The position numbers were made by a program, and so were the translations under genes. Under the pieces are notes generated by a model. It did no database searches. It was not told the DNA's origin and saw only the letters and a program-made list of their open reading frames with translations. DNA of 64,000 nt, taken from NCBI GenBank assembly GCA_022820625.1, contig JAJEFE010000147.1, positions 89,297-153,296 on the forward strand, written 5' to 3'. This DNA is from Gammaproteobacteria bacterium. GTDB taxonomy: Bacteria; Pseudomonadota; Gammaproteobacteria; Steroidobacterales; Rariloculaceae. This document shows positions 49,623-59,961 of this stretch, one piece after another (positions within the stretch are counted from its first letter, which is position 1; each line of letters opens with the position of its first letter).

Positions 49623-51680
49623 CTATGAATCCTCCGCGTCGGGCTGCTTGTAGCTTCTCTCCAGCTCCTTCTGCACCGGTTGCGGCACGATCTCGTAGTG
49701 ATCGAAATCCATCGTGAACATGCCTTCGCCGCCCGTCAGCGACTTGAGGGTCGTCTGGTAATCGCCCAGCTCGGCAAGCGGCACCCGGGCGGAAATCTTC
49801 ACCCGGTTCCCCGGCACCGAGTCGCTGCCGGCGATGCGCCCGCGGATACCCGACAGATGGCCCGTGATGTCGCCCACCGACGTGCTCGGGGTAGTCACCT
49901 CGATCTTGACGATGGGTTCCAGCACGATCGGACGCGCCTTGGTGATGGCATTGACGAAGGCGCGCTTGCCGGCGGCCACGAAGGCCACCTCCTTGGAATC
50001 CACCGGATGGTGCTTGCCGTCGTAGACGATCACCTTCACGTCCTGCAGCGGATAACCCGCGATGGCGCCCTCCTCGAGCACCTGCTTGACGCCTTTCTCC
50101 ACCGCCGGAATGAACTGGCCGGGGATCGAGCCGCCGACCACCTTGTTGGAGAACTCGTAACCGCCCCCCCTGGGCAGCGGTTCGATCTTCAGGAAGACCT
50201 CGCCGAACTGCCCCGCGCCGCCCGTCTGTTTCTTGTGGCGGTGGTGTCCCTCGGCCGGGCGCAGCACCGTCTCCCGGTAGGCGATTTTCGGCGGCCGCGT
50301 GCTGATGTCGATGCCGAATTCGTCCTTCATGCGCTGCATGACGACCCGCAGGTGCAACTCGCCCATGCCGCGCAGGACCGTTTCATTGGCCTGTGCATTG
50401 AATTCGATCTGCAGGCTCGGGTCTTCGGCAGTCATCTTGTGCAGCGCGTCGGAGAGCTTCTTCTCCTGACCGCGCTGGGTCAGCTCCAGGGCGACACCGT
50501 ACATGGGCGCAGGGATGGCCACCGGCCGCATTCGCACTTCATCGTCGTCATGACTGGAATGCAGGATGTCGTCGAAGCCGATGTCCTCGATCTTGGAAAC
50601 GGCGCAGATGTCGCCCGCCACGGCCGCCGGCACTTCCTCGAGTTGCTTGCCCTGGACGCGATAGATGTGCGCCAGCTTCACGCCCTTGCGCTGGTCGCCG
50701 ATATACACAAGCCCGCCGGTCCTGACTTCGCCCTGGTGCACGCGGAACGTGGCCAGCCGGCCCACGTAGGGATCCACATTGATCTTGAACACGTGTCCAA
50801 GGAAGTTGCCGTTCGCATTCGACGGATCGATCTTGTGCGGTGTCGCGGACTCCCCTTCGCCGGTGTGGAACTCGGAGGGGTTACCCTCCAGCGGGCTCGG
50901 CATGAGCTCGGAAAACACCCGCAGCAACTGTTTCAGGCCGGCGCCGGTGTGGGCCGAAACGAAACAGACCGGAATCAGGTGACCGCGCCTGAGCGCCCGT
51001 TCGAAGGGATCGTGGAGTTGTTCCAGCGAGATTTCCTCGCCCTCCAGGTACAACATCATGAGGTCGTCGTCCAGTTCCACGACCTGGTCGACGATTTGCG
51101 TATGGGCTTCCTCGACGGAGGAGAAATCGGGCGTCGAGTCGGCGGGCTCGAAGAAGCAGTCGGCCACGGTCGTGCCGCCGTTGGCGGGAAGGTTCACGGG
51201 CAGGCAGCCCCGGCCAAAGGTTTCTACGATCGCCGCCAACACCCCCTCGAGATCCGCATCCGGCGCGTCGATCTTGTTGACGATGATCAGCCGGCAGAGA
51301 TTGCTCTGGGAAGCGGACTCCATCATCCGCTGGGTGAGCAGCTCCACACCCGCCTGGGCGCTGACCACGATCGCGGCCGTCTCCGCGGCGGGCAGCGCCC
51401 CGAGGGCGCGGCCCATGAAGTCGGGATAACCCGGGCTGTCCAGCAGATTGATGAGGCGGCCGTCGTGTTCCAGGTGCGTGACCGCCGTGTCCAGGGAATG
51501 CCCCAGCCTTTTCTCGTGATCGGTGAAATCGCAGACCGTGGTGCCCCTGTCTATCGAACCCGCCGAGCGAATGGCGCCTGCCTGCTTCAGCAGTGCCTCG
51601 ATCAGGGTTGTCTTGCCGGACCCGGCGTGTCCGACAATGGCGATGTTTCGTATTTGTTCAGTCCTGTGCGATGCAGCCAC
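49623..51680 (-). CDS. Elongation factor G paralog (EF-G2-like)
   Basis: GHAGSGKTT, DSPG, NKID, GMGELHL, KKQTGGAGQF; canonical RGITI replaced by LGHSL. Confidence 0.9.
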   Translation of the reverse strand: MAASHRTEQIRNIAIVGHAGSGKTTLIEALLKQAGAIRSAGSIDRGTTVCDFTDHEKRLGHSLDTAVTHLEHDGRLINLLDSPGYPDFMGRALGALPAAETAAIVVSAQAGVELLTQRMMESASQSNLCRLIIVNKIDAPDADLEGVLAAIVETFGRGCLPVNLPANGGTTVADCFFEPADSTPDFSSVEEAHTQIVDQVVELDDDLMMLYLEGEEISLEQLHDPFERALRRGHLIPVCFVSAHTGAGLKQLLRVFSELMPSPLEGNPSEFHTGEGESATPHKIDPSNANGNFLGHVFKINVDPYVGRLATFRVHQGEVRTGGLVYIGDQRKGVKLAHIYRVQGKQLEEVPAAVAGDICAVSKIEDIGFDDILHSSHDDDEVRMRPVAIPAPMYGVALELTQRGQEKKLSDALHKMTAEDPSLQIEFNAQANETVLRGMGELHLRVVMQRMKDEFGIDISTRPPKIAYRETVLRPAEGHHRHKKQTGGAGQFGEVFLKIEPLPRGGGYEFSNKVVGGSIPGQFIPAVEKGVKQVLEEGAIAGYPLQDVKVIVYDGKHHPVDSKEVAFVAAGKRAFVNAITKARPIVLEPIVKIEVTTPSTSVGDITGHLSGIRGRIAGSDSVPGNRVKISARVPLAELGDYQTTLKSLTGGEGMFTMDFDHYEIVPQPVQKELERSYKQPDAEDS

Positions 51681-51856
51681 GGGCGTCTCTTCGGTTCATG
51701 CGGAAAGCGGAATCTATACCACAATGCATTGCGAGTCGACGCCTGGCCTGGCGCGGAGCAAAAGAGGAACAGTTTGAATTCTCAACGCCTAAGGGATTGC
51801 ATTGTGCGTTTCTTGCCGGGGTCAACGCATGTCCGCAGCCGAAACGAGCGGATTGG

Positions 51857-53287
51857 TCAGCGCTTCATCGCCTCGAAGAACTGCGCGTTCGTCTTCGTAT
51901 CCTGCAGCTTGTCCAGCAGAAACTCCACGGCCGCCAGTTCGTCCATGGAGTGCAGCACCTTCCGCAACACCCACATTTTCTGCAACTCGTCCGGCAGAGT
52001 CAGCAACTCTTCCTTGCGGGTGCCCGAGCGATTGATATGGATCGACGGGAACACGCGTTTTTCCGAAATCCGCCGATCCAGGTGGATTTCCATGTTGCCG
52101 GTGCCCTTGAACTCCTCGTAGATGACTTCGTCCATCTTCGACCCGGTGTCCACCAGCGCCGTGGCGATGATCGTCAGGCTTCCGCCCTCCTCGATGTTTC
52201 GCGCCGCCCCGAAGAACCGCTTGGGCCGCTGCAGCGCATTGGCGTCCACACCGCCCGTGAGCACCTTGCCGGATGATGGCACCACCGTGTTGTAGGCCCG
52301 CGCCAACCGCGTGATCGAATCCAGCAGGATCACCACGTCGCGCTTGTGCTCGGTGAGACGCTTGGCCTTCTCGATCACCATCTCCGCCACCTGGACGTGC
52401 CGCGTGGCCGGCTCGTCGAAGGTGCTGGAAACCACCTCGCCCCTGACCGTGCGCTCCATCTCGGTGACTTCCTCAGGCCGCTCGTCGATGAGCAGCACGA
52501 TCAGGTCGCACTCCGGCTGGTTGGCGACGATGGGAGCGGCGATGTTCTGCAACAGCATGGTCTTGCCGGCCTTGGGCGGTGAGACGATCAGCCCCCGTTG
52601 CCCCTTGCCGATGGGCGCGACCATGTCGATGACCCGCGCCGTCAGGTCTTCCGTACTGCCGTTGCCCTGCTCCAGCTTCAACCGGTTGGTGGGGAACAGC
52701 GGCGTCAGGTTCTCGAACAGGACCTTGCTTCTGGCGTTTTCGGGCGCGTCGTGATTGATCTCCCCCACCCTGAGCATGGCAAAGTAGCGCTCGTTGTCCT
52801 TGGGCGGTCGAATCAGTCCCGATACGGTATCGCCGGTGCGCAGGCTCAGGCGGCGGATCTGACTCGGCGACACGTATATGTCGTCGGGACCCGCCAGGTA
52901 GGAACTGTCGGATGAACGCAGGAAGCCGAAACCATCCTGCAATATCTCCAGAACCCCCTCACCGTAGATGTTCTCGCCATTTCTGGCATGGGCCTTGAGG
53001 ATGGAGAAGATCATGTCCTGCTTGCGGGAGCGGGCAAGATTCTCCAAACCCATGGAATGCGCCAGTTCCACGAGTTGCGACGCCGGCCGATTCTTCAGAT
53101 CGGCAAGCTTCATGGCGGTCTTCGTCTGCTCGAGTTCGGCAGCCGGGATCACATCGAAATCGTCGTCGTCCGGGAACTCGTCCCGACGGCGGCGGCGCGG
53201 CGGGCGTTTTTTCCCGTCGTTGCTGCGCTGCTGCCGCGGACTGTTCTTCGACCGGGCTCGTCCTGGATTACCCAAGTATCCCCTCAC
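51857..53287 (-). CDS. rho: Transcription termination factor Rho with an N-terminal extension
   Basis: [32 protein letters not shown]. The start may be the TTG at 53275. Confidence 0.97.
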   Translation of the reverse strand: MRGYLGNPGRARSKNSPRQQRSNDGKKRPPRRRRRDEFPDDDDFDVIPAAELEQTKTAMKLADLKNRPASQLVELAHSMGLENLARSRKQDMIFSILKAHARNGENIYGEGVLEILQDGFGFLRSSDSSYLAGPDDIYVSPSQIRRLSLRTGDTVSGLIRPPKDNERYFAMLRVGEINHDAPENARSKVLFENLTPLFPTNRLKLEQGNGSTEDLTARVIDMVAPIGKGQRGLIVSPPKAGKTMLLQNIAAPIVANQPECDLIVLLIDERPEEVTEMERTVRGEVVSSTFDEPATRHVQVAEMVIEKAKRLTEHKRDVVILLDSITRLARAYNTVVPSSGKVLTGGVDANALQRPKRFFGAARNIEEGGSLTIIATALVDTGSKMDEVIYEEFKGTGNMEIHLDRRISEKRVFPSIHINRSGTRKEELLTLPDELQKMWVLRKVLHSMDELAAVEFLLDKLQDTKTNAQFFEAMKR

Positions 53288-53309
53288 TGATAGCTATCCA
53301 AACCTGTGT

Positions 53310-53654
53310 TTACGACTGCGTGCCCACGTGCTGGTCGATGAACGCGGCCAGCCTGCCTCTGCCGACGGCCCCGATCTGCTGACCCTCCACGGAACTTCCC
53401 TTCATGAGAATCAACGTGGGTATGCTGCGAACGTTGTATTTCATCGGCGTCTGCGGATTCTCGTCGACGTTTACCTTCACGACCTTGAGGCGATCCCTGT
53501 ACTCGTCCGCGATCGCATCGAGCGTCGGCGCGATCATCTTGCAGGGCCCGCACCATTCCGCCCAGAAGTCGACCAGGACGGGACGCTCCGAATTGAGCAC
53601 GTCTTCCTCGAAGCTGCTGTCCGACGTATGGACGATATTCTCGCTCACCTGCAT
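53310..53654 (-). CDS. trxA: Thioredoxin
   Basis: FWAEWCGPCK; lies between rhlB and rho. Confidence 0.96.
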   Translation of the reverse strand: MQVSENIVHTSDSSFEEDVLNSERPVLVDFWAEWCGPCKMIAPTLDAIADEYRDRLKVVKVNVDENPQTPMKYNVRSIPTLILMKGSSVEGQQIGAVGRGRLAAFIDQHVGTQS

Positions 53655-53869
53655 GATCCTCCGATATTCCTGTATCCAGTGATTCCGCTCGCCGGAAGGA
53701 ATCGCCCAATAGCGCGAGCACGCAAGGCTTAAGTGACGCCGCCCGCCCCATCAGGCAAAATGCCGCTACCTAAAGCTTCCTTGCGACAGTCGTTGGGAAC
53801 GTAGTGGGTATCCGGGAAGGCGAGTACGCTCGCCCTGTAGGCGCTATTCTGAACCTTTGAGAACGTAAT

Positions 53870-55183
53870 TTGCAAGTCCTTCCCCCGGAGTCCGATGTCC
53901 CGGCTGCTGCGGACCATCATCTGACCGAGGTTCCGTTCACTTCCCTGCCTCTCCCCGAAAAGGTTCTGGCAGGGATCGCCGATGCGGGTTTCAGGCGTTG
54001 CACGCCGATACAGGAGCAGACCCTGCCTCTCGCCCTTGACGGGCAGGACGTGGCCGGACAGGCGCAGACCGGTACCGGGAAGACCGCCGCCTATCTCGTA
54101 GCGCTGTACACGCGTCTTCACGACAGCAAGCCGATCGCCCCGCAACACAACGGCCCCAGGGCCCTGATCCTTGCCCCGACCCGGGAACTGGCCGTGCAGA
54201 TCCATGCCGATGCCGAACAGTTGGGCAAACACCTCGACTTCAGGCTGGGCCTGGCCTTCGGCGGAACCGACTACGAAAAGCAGCGGCGTGAACTGGCCGA
54301 AGGCGTCGATATCCTGGTCGGTACTCCGGGACGGATCATCGACTATTTCAAGCAACGCGTGTTTTCCTTCAGGCGCGTCCAGGTGATGGTGCTGGACGAA
54401 GCCGACCGAATGTTCGACCTGGGCTTCATCAGGGACATTCGCTTCGTACTGCGGCGCCTGCCGGATCGGGAGAAGCGCCTTAATCTGCTGTTTTCCGCCA
54501 CTCTCTCCCATCGCGTGCTGGAGCTTGCCTACGAGCACATGAACGACCCGCAGCTCATACGCATCGAACCGGAAAAGGTCACGGTCGACAGCGTCAGACA
54601 GAGCATTTACTTTCCGGCCAACGACGAGAAGATCCCGCTGCTGCTCACGTTGCTCAAGCAGATGGATGCGCGGCGAACCATGGTCTTCGTCAACACCCGG
54701 CGCGAAGCGGATCGTCTGGGCCGATTCCTGGCGCACAACGGGGTCAACGCCAGGGCCATCTCCGGCGACGTCCCGCAGAAAAAGCGCCTCCGGATGTTCG
54801 GGGATTTCCTGTCCGGGAAACTCGCCGTGTTGATCGGCACCGATGTGGCTTCCAGGGGACTGCACGTTCCCGACGTGAGCCACGTCTTCAATTTCGACCT
54901 GCCCCAGGATCCCGAAGATTACGTGCACCGGATCGGCCGTACGGCCCGGGCCGGCGCTTCCGGCGACGCGATCAGTTTCGGGTGCGAGAGTTACGCCGCT
55001 TCGCTGCCGGATATCGAGGCGCTGATAGGCCGCAAGATTCCGGTCGAGAGGATCGACCCGGAGGCCCTGGTCACCGTCAGCAAGCCACCCCGACGGCCGC
55101 GACGGCCGCCACCCCACCGTCGAAGCGGCGGGAAGCCTTCCCACAGGTCCGCACGCAGGGGCAGGCGGCGCAGCAGGCGCTGA
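53870..55183 (+). CDS. rhlB: DEAD-box RNA helicase RhlB
   Basis: AQTGTGKT, DEAD, SAT, HRIGRTAR, GDVPQKKR; divergent from trxA. Confidence 0.92.
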   Translation: MQVLPPESDVPAAADHHLTEVPFTSLPLPEKVLAGIADAGFRRCTPIQEQTLPLALDGQDVAGQAQTGTGKTAAYLVALYTRLHDSKPIAPQHNGPRALILAPTRELAVQIHADAEQLGKHLDFRLGLAFGGTDYEKQRRELAEGVDILVGTPGRIIDYFKQRVFSFRRVQVMVLDEADRMFDLGFIRDIRFVLRRLPDREKRLNLLFSATLSHRVLELAYEHMNDPQLIRIEPEKVTVDSVRQSIYFPANDEKIPLLLTLLKQMDARRTMVFVNTRREADRLGRFLAHNGVNARAISGDVPQKKRLRMFGDFLSGKLAVLIGTDVASRGLHVPDVSHVFNFDLPQDPEDYVHRIGRTARAGASGDAISFGCESYAASLPDIEALIGRKIPVERIDPEALVTVSKPPRRPRRPPPHRRSGGKPSHRSARRGRRRSRR

Positions 55184-55237
55184 ATCCCGACGGCAGGCTT
55201 GCCGTGCATGCGATCGCGCCCGACCGCTTTCGGCGGC

Positions 55238-55978
55238 TTATGAATTGCAGCTCGCCGCAGCGACCGGCGGGTGGGCTGCCTGGGCGGGGTTCAACAATTC
55301 GCGGACGCCGTCCACAGACGGGTAGCCGTCTATCTGACGGGGCGGGCGCCGCGAGTCGGGGCGCCGAATGGCCACGGTGGACGCCAGGCCGAACTCGGTA
55401 GCCGCCTGAAGTACGGGCAGACTGTCTTCGATGAGCACCGTGCGACTCGGATCGAACGGTTCCCCGGCATGAAACCGATGCCAGAACAGACGTGTTTCCT
55501 TGGGTGCAAGAAAATTGTGCGAGCTCACCATGTCATGGACATGCGCGTCCAGGCCGGTCTCGGCGACCTTCAGCGCCAGCGTGTAAGGATGCGCATTGGT
55601 AACCAGGAGCACCCGCTTGCCCGTTTCGCGCAGCCACGCGAGAAAATCCGTGGCGCCGGGCAGGTAGCAGACGCGATGGCGCTGGGTTCGCTTCAGGGCA
55701 CGGATGTCCAGGTCCAGGGCTTCGCTCCAGTGGTCGATGCAATACCAGGCGAGTCTGCCCTCGATTGAACGGTAACGGTCCAGCAATGCTTCCCGTGCAT
55801 CCTTCTCGCGCATACCGCGCACTTGTGCATAATGCGCGGGAATGAATTCGGTCCAGAAGTAATTGTCGAACGCCAGGTCCAGAAGTGTGCCGTCCATGTC
55901 CAGCAGGACGGTGTCCACGCAGTCCCAGGCGACCACGGGATCGCCGTTGTGCAGGGATGTGGTGGAGGGAGCCGACAT
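55238..55978 (-). CDS. yrfG: HAD-family GMP/IMP nucleotidase
   Basis: C-terminal part of ORF 55238-57388: LLDMDGTLLDLAFDNYFW, WYCIDHWS, VTNAH. Confidence 0.88.
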   Translation of the reverse strand: MSAPSTTSLHNGDPVVAWDCVDTVLLDMDGTLLDLAFDNYFWTEFIPAHYAQVRGMREKDAREALLDRYRSIEGRLAWYCIDHWSEALDLDIRALKRTQRHRVCYLPGATDFLAWLRETGKRVLLVTNAHPYTLALKVAETGLDAHVHDMVSSHNFLAPKETRLFWHRFHAGEPFDPSRTVLIEDSLPVLQAATEFGLASTVAIRRPDSRRPPRQIDGYPSVDGVRELLNPAQAAHPPVAAASCNS

Positions 55979-56017
55979 GGACGGCATGATGATACTCAAA
56001 CCCGGGGCGCGGCGGGC

Positions 56018-56836
56018 ATGAATTTCATCACGATCCTCAAGGAAGTCCGGCTGATCGCCCGGGTGGCGGGCGATGCGATCATGTCGGTCTACGCGCGCGA
56101 CTTCAGCGTGGAACTGAAAGCCGATCATTCGCCGGTCACCGAAGCGGACCGCGCCGCCGACGGCATCATTTCCTCGAGACTCGCGCAACTGCATCCCGTC
56201 CTGCCGGTTCTGTCGGAGGAGTCCGTGCCCACGCCCTGGGAGGAGCGGCGGCGGTGGCGCCGATACTGGCTGGTGGACCCGTTGGACGGAACGAAGGAAT
56301 TCGTCAAGAGGAACGGCGAATTCACGGTCAACATCGCGCTGGTGGAGGACCATCGGGCGGTGCTCGGTGTGGTGCTCGCGCCCGCGCTGAACCTGGAGTA
56401 CTCGGGCGCGCTCGGCGAGGGCGCCTGGCGCCGGGAAACAGGCGGGCCGCTGATGCCGGCGCGCGCCGCCGCAACCGCGCACGCCTCCGAAGCCCGGTCT
56501 GCGCCGCTTAACGTCATGGGCAGCCGCAGCCACCCCGGCCCCGGATTGTCGGCTTTCCTTGCACGGCTCGGCCCATACGAAATGAAACCCATGGGCAGTT
56601 CGCTCAAGGTCTGCATGGTCGCCGACGGCCGGGCCGACATCTACCCCCGTCTGGGACCCACCTCGGAATGGGACACAGCGGCTGCACAGGCTATCCTGGA
56701 GAGTGCCGGTGGGGGTATGATTGACCTGGCGGGCCAGCCGCTCAGGTACAACACGAAGGATCGCCTTTTGAACCCTCATTTCCTGGCGGTCGGCGACCTC
56801 GGGCGGGACTGGCTCAGCGCGGTGCAGAATAGTTGA
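56018..56836 (+). CDS. cysQ: 3'(2'),5'-bisphosphate nucleotidase
   Basis: SPVTEAD, SEE, WLVDPLDGTKEF, EWDTAAAQ. Confidence 0.95.
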   Translation: MNFITILKEVRLIARVAGDAIMSVYARDFSVELKADHSPVTEADRAADGIISSRLAQLHPVLPVLSEESVPTPWEERRRWRRYWLVDPLDGTKEFVKRNGEFTVNIALVEDHRAVLGVVLAPALNLEYSGALGEGAWRRETGGPLMPARAAATAHASEARSAPLNVMGSRSHPGPGLSAFLARLGPYEMKPMGSSLKVCMVADGRADIYPRLGPTSEWDTAAAQAILESAGGGMIDLAGQPLRYNTKDRLLNPHFLAVGDLGRDWLSAVQNS

Positions 56837-56839
56837 GTA

Positions 56840-57055
56840 GTGACAGACAAAATAGAAACTGACGCATTCAAGAACGTGGCGCGACTGAAGCAGTTGCGAA
56901 TAGAGCACCAGGACCTGGACCAGGTAATCTCCCGGTTGGCGACCGATCCCTATGTCGACCAGATCATGTTGCGGCGCCTGAAGAAGCGCAAGCTCATGAT
57001 CAAGGACATGATCACGCACCTGGAGAGTTCCCGGATCCCGGACCTGAACGCCTAG
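56840..57055 (+). CDS. DUF465/YdcH family protein
   Basis: LRIEHQDLD..I..L...RRLKKRKL.IKD. Confidence 0.85.
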   Translation: MTDKIETDAFKNVARLKQLRIEHQDLDQVISRLATDPYVDQIMLRRLKKRKLMIKDMITHLESSRIPDLNA

Positions 57056-57204
57056 TCGCAGCCAGGTCGGGCCACGAGGCTTCGCCGCCGTTGTGGCGGA
57101 GTCGGTCATATTGATACTCCGGCAGCACGCTTCGATGCGAGCCATCCGCGCCGGTGATTGTGCGCTGAGCCGCACCGGCCGCCGTTGCGGGTTAGAATCG
57201 CCGC

Positions 57205-58140
57205 GTGAATCTGATTGCCGATATTGGCGCCACGCAGTCGCGATGCGCCGTGATCGATGGCGACGGCCGGATACAGGCAGCCGAAGTCTTCCAGAATCGC
57301 CATTTCGACAGCCTTCAGGAACTCTTGCGAGGCTATCTGCGTCAGTGCCCCGACTGCCCCGGTTCCGCCGCCCTGGCTGTCGCCGCACCCATACTCGAAG
57401 ACGATGTGAGCATGCCGAACCTCGGCTGGCGATTCTCCCAGGGATCGCTCATGGGCGAACTCGACTTGCGGGAACTGGTCGTGGTGAACGACTTCGCAGC
57501 CGTGGCCTGGGGATTACCGGCGCTCACCGCCGCCGACCTGCACAAGGTGGGCGGCGGCGCTGCAGTGGCCGGAACTGCGATGGCGACGCTGGGTCCGGGA
57601 TCCGGCCTCGGGGTAGCCACCGTGGCGCCCTGCGGCGACCAATGGGCGGTGGTCGAGGGCGAGGGCGGCAACATCACCTTTACCGGCGTCACGCCCGAAC
57701 AGCAGGCGGTGAGCGACCGTATCCGGGCGCAACACGGGCACTGCTCGGCGGAAAGCCTTTTGTCCGGACCCGGCCTGGTCAATGTCTACATGGCGCTGGC
57801 CGCATTGCAGGGCCGAAACGCCGACCGCCCCAGTCCGGCACAGGTGAGCCGGGCTGCGGCGGACGGCGAGGCGCTGGCTTGCGAGGCGCGCGATATGTTC
57901 TTCGAGGTCCTGGGTGCGGTGGCGGGCAACCTGGCGCTGACCGTCGGCGCCAGGGGCGGCGTGTTCATCGCCGGCGGCATCGTACCCCGGCTGCTGGAGC
58001 CGCTGGAACGGTCAGGCTTCAGGGAATGCTTCGAAGCAAAAGGGCGCTATCGTTACTACCTGGAAGCCATCCCCACCTACGTGATCACGGAACCCTACCC
58101 CGCCTTTCGTGGCCTACGGAGGCTTCTCGGATACGGCTGA
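57205..58140 (+). CDS. glk: Glucokinase
   Basis: IADIGAT, VNDFAA, GPGSGLG, EGG, SAE.LLSGPGL, GGVFIAGGIVP, FEAKGR. Confidence 0.9.
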   Translation: MNLIADIGATQSRCAVIDGDGRIQAAEVFQNRHFDSLQELLRGYLRQCPDCPGSAALAVAAPILEDDVSMPNLGWRFSQGSLMGELDLRELVVVNDFAAVAWGLPALTAADLHKVGGGAAVAGTAMATLGPGSGLGVATVAPCGDQWAVVEGEGGNITFTGVTPEQQAVSDRIRAQHGHCSAESLLSGPGLVNVYMALAALQGRNADRPSPAQVSRAAADGEALACEARDMFFEVLGAVAGNLALTVGARGGVFIAGGIVPRLLEPLERSGFRECFEAKGRYRYYLEAIPTYVITEPYPAFRGLRRLLGYG

Positions 58141-58192
58141 GCGAGGGCTCAGAATCGACCCGGCACGCCTCGCCGTCCTCGTCGACACCCGT

Positions 58193-59776
58193 TCAGGTCG
58201 CCGCCTGACGTTGCGGCACCGCAGCGATCGCATCGCCCTCGGCGACATCGACCCCGACCGTCCTGCCGAAGACCCGGCCGAGATAGACGCCCGCAGCGCC
58301 CCAGACTGCTGCGATGCCCGCGCCGATGGCGGCCATGGCCGCGATGCCAAGTCCAAGTCCGTCGGTCAGGCCAGCGAAGGCGATGCTGCTTGCAGCGTCG
58401 CCGCCGCGATAGACGGCCACGTCGATTACCGGTTTCGCCTTGAAGCGCGTCTCGCGGTCGACGTTCGTGAACAGCATCTCGCGTGCAGGACGCGTGATGC
58501 CGTAGTTGCCAGCCTGCCGAGCGACCTGAAGTGCCAGCAGGACCGTCAGAATCGGTGCGAAAGCGAGAATCAGCAGTCCCGCGCAGATGAACACCGGCAC
58601 GAGCGCGAGCGTCGTCGGCATGCCGAATCGGGTGACGATTCGGCTGGTCGCGAAGAGACCGAGCCCGAAGGTCAGCAGGTTCACGACAAAGGCCAGGCCT
58701 GCGAGGATTTCGGTTCGCTCCTCGCGGGTGAATTCCCTGAGCAGGTCCGTCTGCTGGAAGTAGACGAACGAGCCGATCGTCGTGTAGAGCAGGATGAATG
58801 CGCCGATCGCGAGCAGGTAGGGATTCGTGAAGAAGGTCTTGAAGCCCGCGAGCGGATTGCCGCCGATCCTTGCGGCGCTGAGATCTGCGGCGACATCCTC
58901 ATTGTGCAGGTCGACGCGCTTCAGACGCTGCAGGTAGAGCACCACCGGGGTCGCGATCAGCAGCATACCGGAGGCCAGGAGCATGAGGTTGTCCGTCCCG
59001 ATGCCGGAGACCAACTGGTTCGCAACCAGCGGTCCCGTTGCGGCGCCCGCGCTCGCGCCCGCGGCGATGAACGCGAACGCGCGGCGCGACTGCTCCTTGC
59101 TGAACGTGTCGGCCATGAAACTCCAGAAGACCGAGACGTGAAACAGGCTGAAGAGGCTGACCCACAGGTAGAAGCTCTTGTCCAGCAAGATGTTGCTGGT
59201 GACCGGGCCTCGGGTCAGGGTCTCCAGAAAAGTCGCCAGACCACCTTCAAGCGGTACGCCGTCGGTGACGAAACCCGAGCCGAAATAGAACATGCAGAAC
59301 GTTACGGCGAAGAAGATGTAGACGGCGGGCACCAGCAGCCTGAAACGCACGTGCGAGCAGGCGAGCCCGTACAGGGCGACGACGGCCGTGCTCAGCACCA
59401 GTTGCATGTTCCAGAGAACGCTGATCTCGGTGTTCGTCCAGTCGCTCGCCATCGCGTCGCGGACGGGTCTCAGGATGTAGTAGGCCGCCATGAGGATGAA
59501 CACGAACGAGAACGAGATAATCACCGTTCTGATCTCGTTCGGCTCGATCATCGTCGCCGCCCTGACGAGTCGCGGCGCCATGAAGATCCGGACGATCAGG
59601 GCGACGGCGGCCAGCGTCCCAAGCAACCCGAGGTTCGACAGGTCGAACACGCTCCACAGCGGCTGGCCCTGCAGCACGCCGGCAGTTTTCGAGATGACGA
59701 ATAAGGCGATGACGAGCCAGCAGGCTGTCTTGATCCAGTCGCTGGACGATCGTTCGGCAAGAGACCTTGTTATCAT
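58193..59776 (-). CDS. TLC/Npt-like (ATP/ADP translocase-related) MFS transporter
   Basis: YYILRPVRDAM, FWSFMADTFS, PAREMLFT, KAKPVID..VYRGGD; multiple TM helices. Confidence 0.8.
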   Translation of the reverse strand: MITRSLAERSSSDWIKTACWLVIALFVISKTAGVLQGQPLWSVFDLSNLGLLGTLAAVALIVRIFMAPRLVRAATMIEPNEIRTVIISFSFVFILMAAYYILRPVRDAMASDWTNTEISVLWNMQLVLSTAVVALYGLACSHVRFRLLVPAVYIFFAVTFCMFYFGSGFVTDGVPLEGGLATFLETLTRGPVTSNILLDKSFYLWVSLFSLFHVSVFWSFMADTFSKEQSRRAFAFIAAGASAGAATGPLVANQLVSGIGTDNLMLLASGMLLIATPVVLYLQRLKRVDLHNEDVAADLSAARIGGNPLAGFKTFFTNPYLLAIGAFILLYTTIGSFVYFQQTDLLREFTREERTEILAGLAFVVNLLTFGLGLFATSRIVTRFGMPTTLALVPVFICAGLLILAFAPILTVLLALQVARQAGNYGITRPAREMLFTNVDRETRFKAKPVIDVAVYRGGDAASSIAFAGLTDGLGLGIAAMAAIGAGIAAVWGAAGVYLGRVFGRTVGVDVAEGDAIAAVPQRQAAT

Positions 59777-59961
59777 CGCGTACTCCCGATTCGAAGCGAG
59801 GCGTCGGCAAGGCGACATCCCAAATGCGCAGCAGCAGCCCCGCATTGGCCGGCCGGTCATCGGCAGACCGGCCGAATCCAGAATACTACCCGAAAAGCCG
59901 ACTACGATGGCCGCTCACGTCCACGCGGCGCAAGAACGGCCGTTATACCCGGGAACGACCG

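Noticed and set aside
49623-51680. EF-G paralog as a TetM/TetO resistance protein or as novel
   Set aside because: It retains EF-G domain IV motifs and fits the widespread EF-G2-like paralogs in a housekeeping context.
45937-52121. Very long antisense ORFs (e.g. 45937-48294, 49680-52121; also 9570-11333, 20998-23319, 58109-59704)
   Set aside because: Shadow frames opposite well-supported genes, as expected in high-GC DNA; no recognisable motifs.
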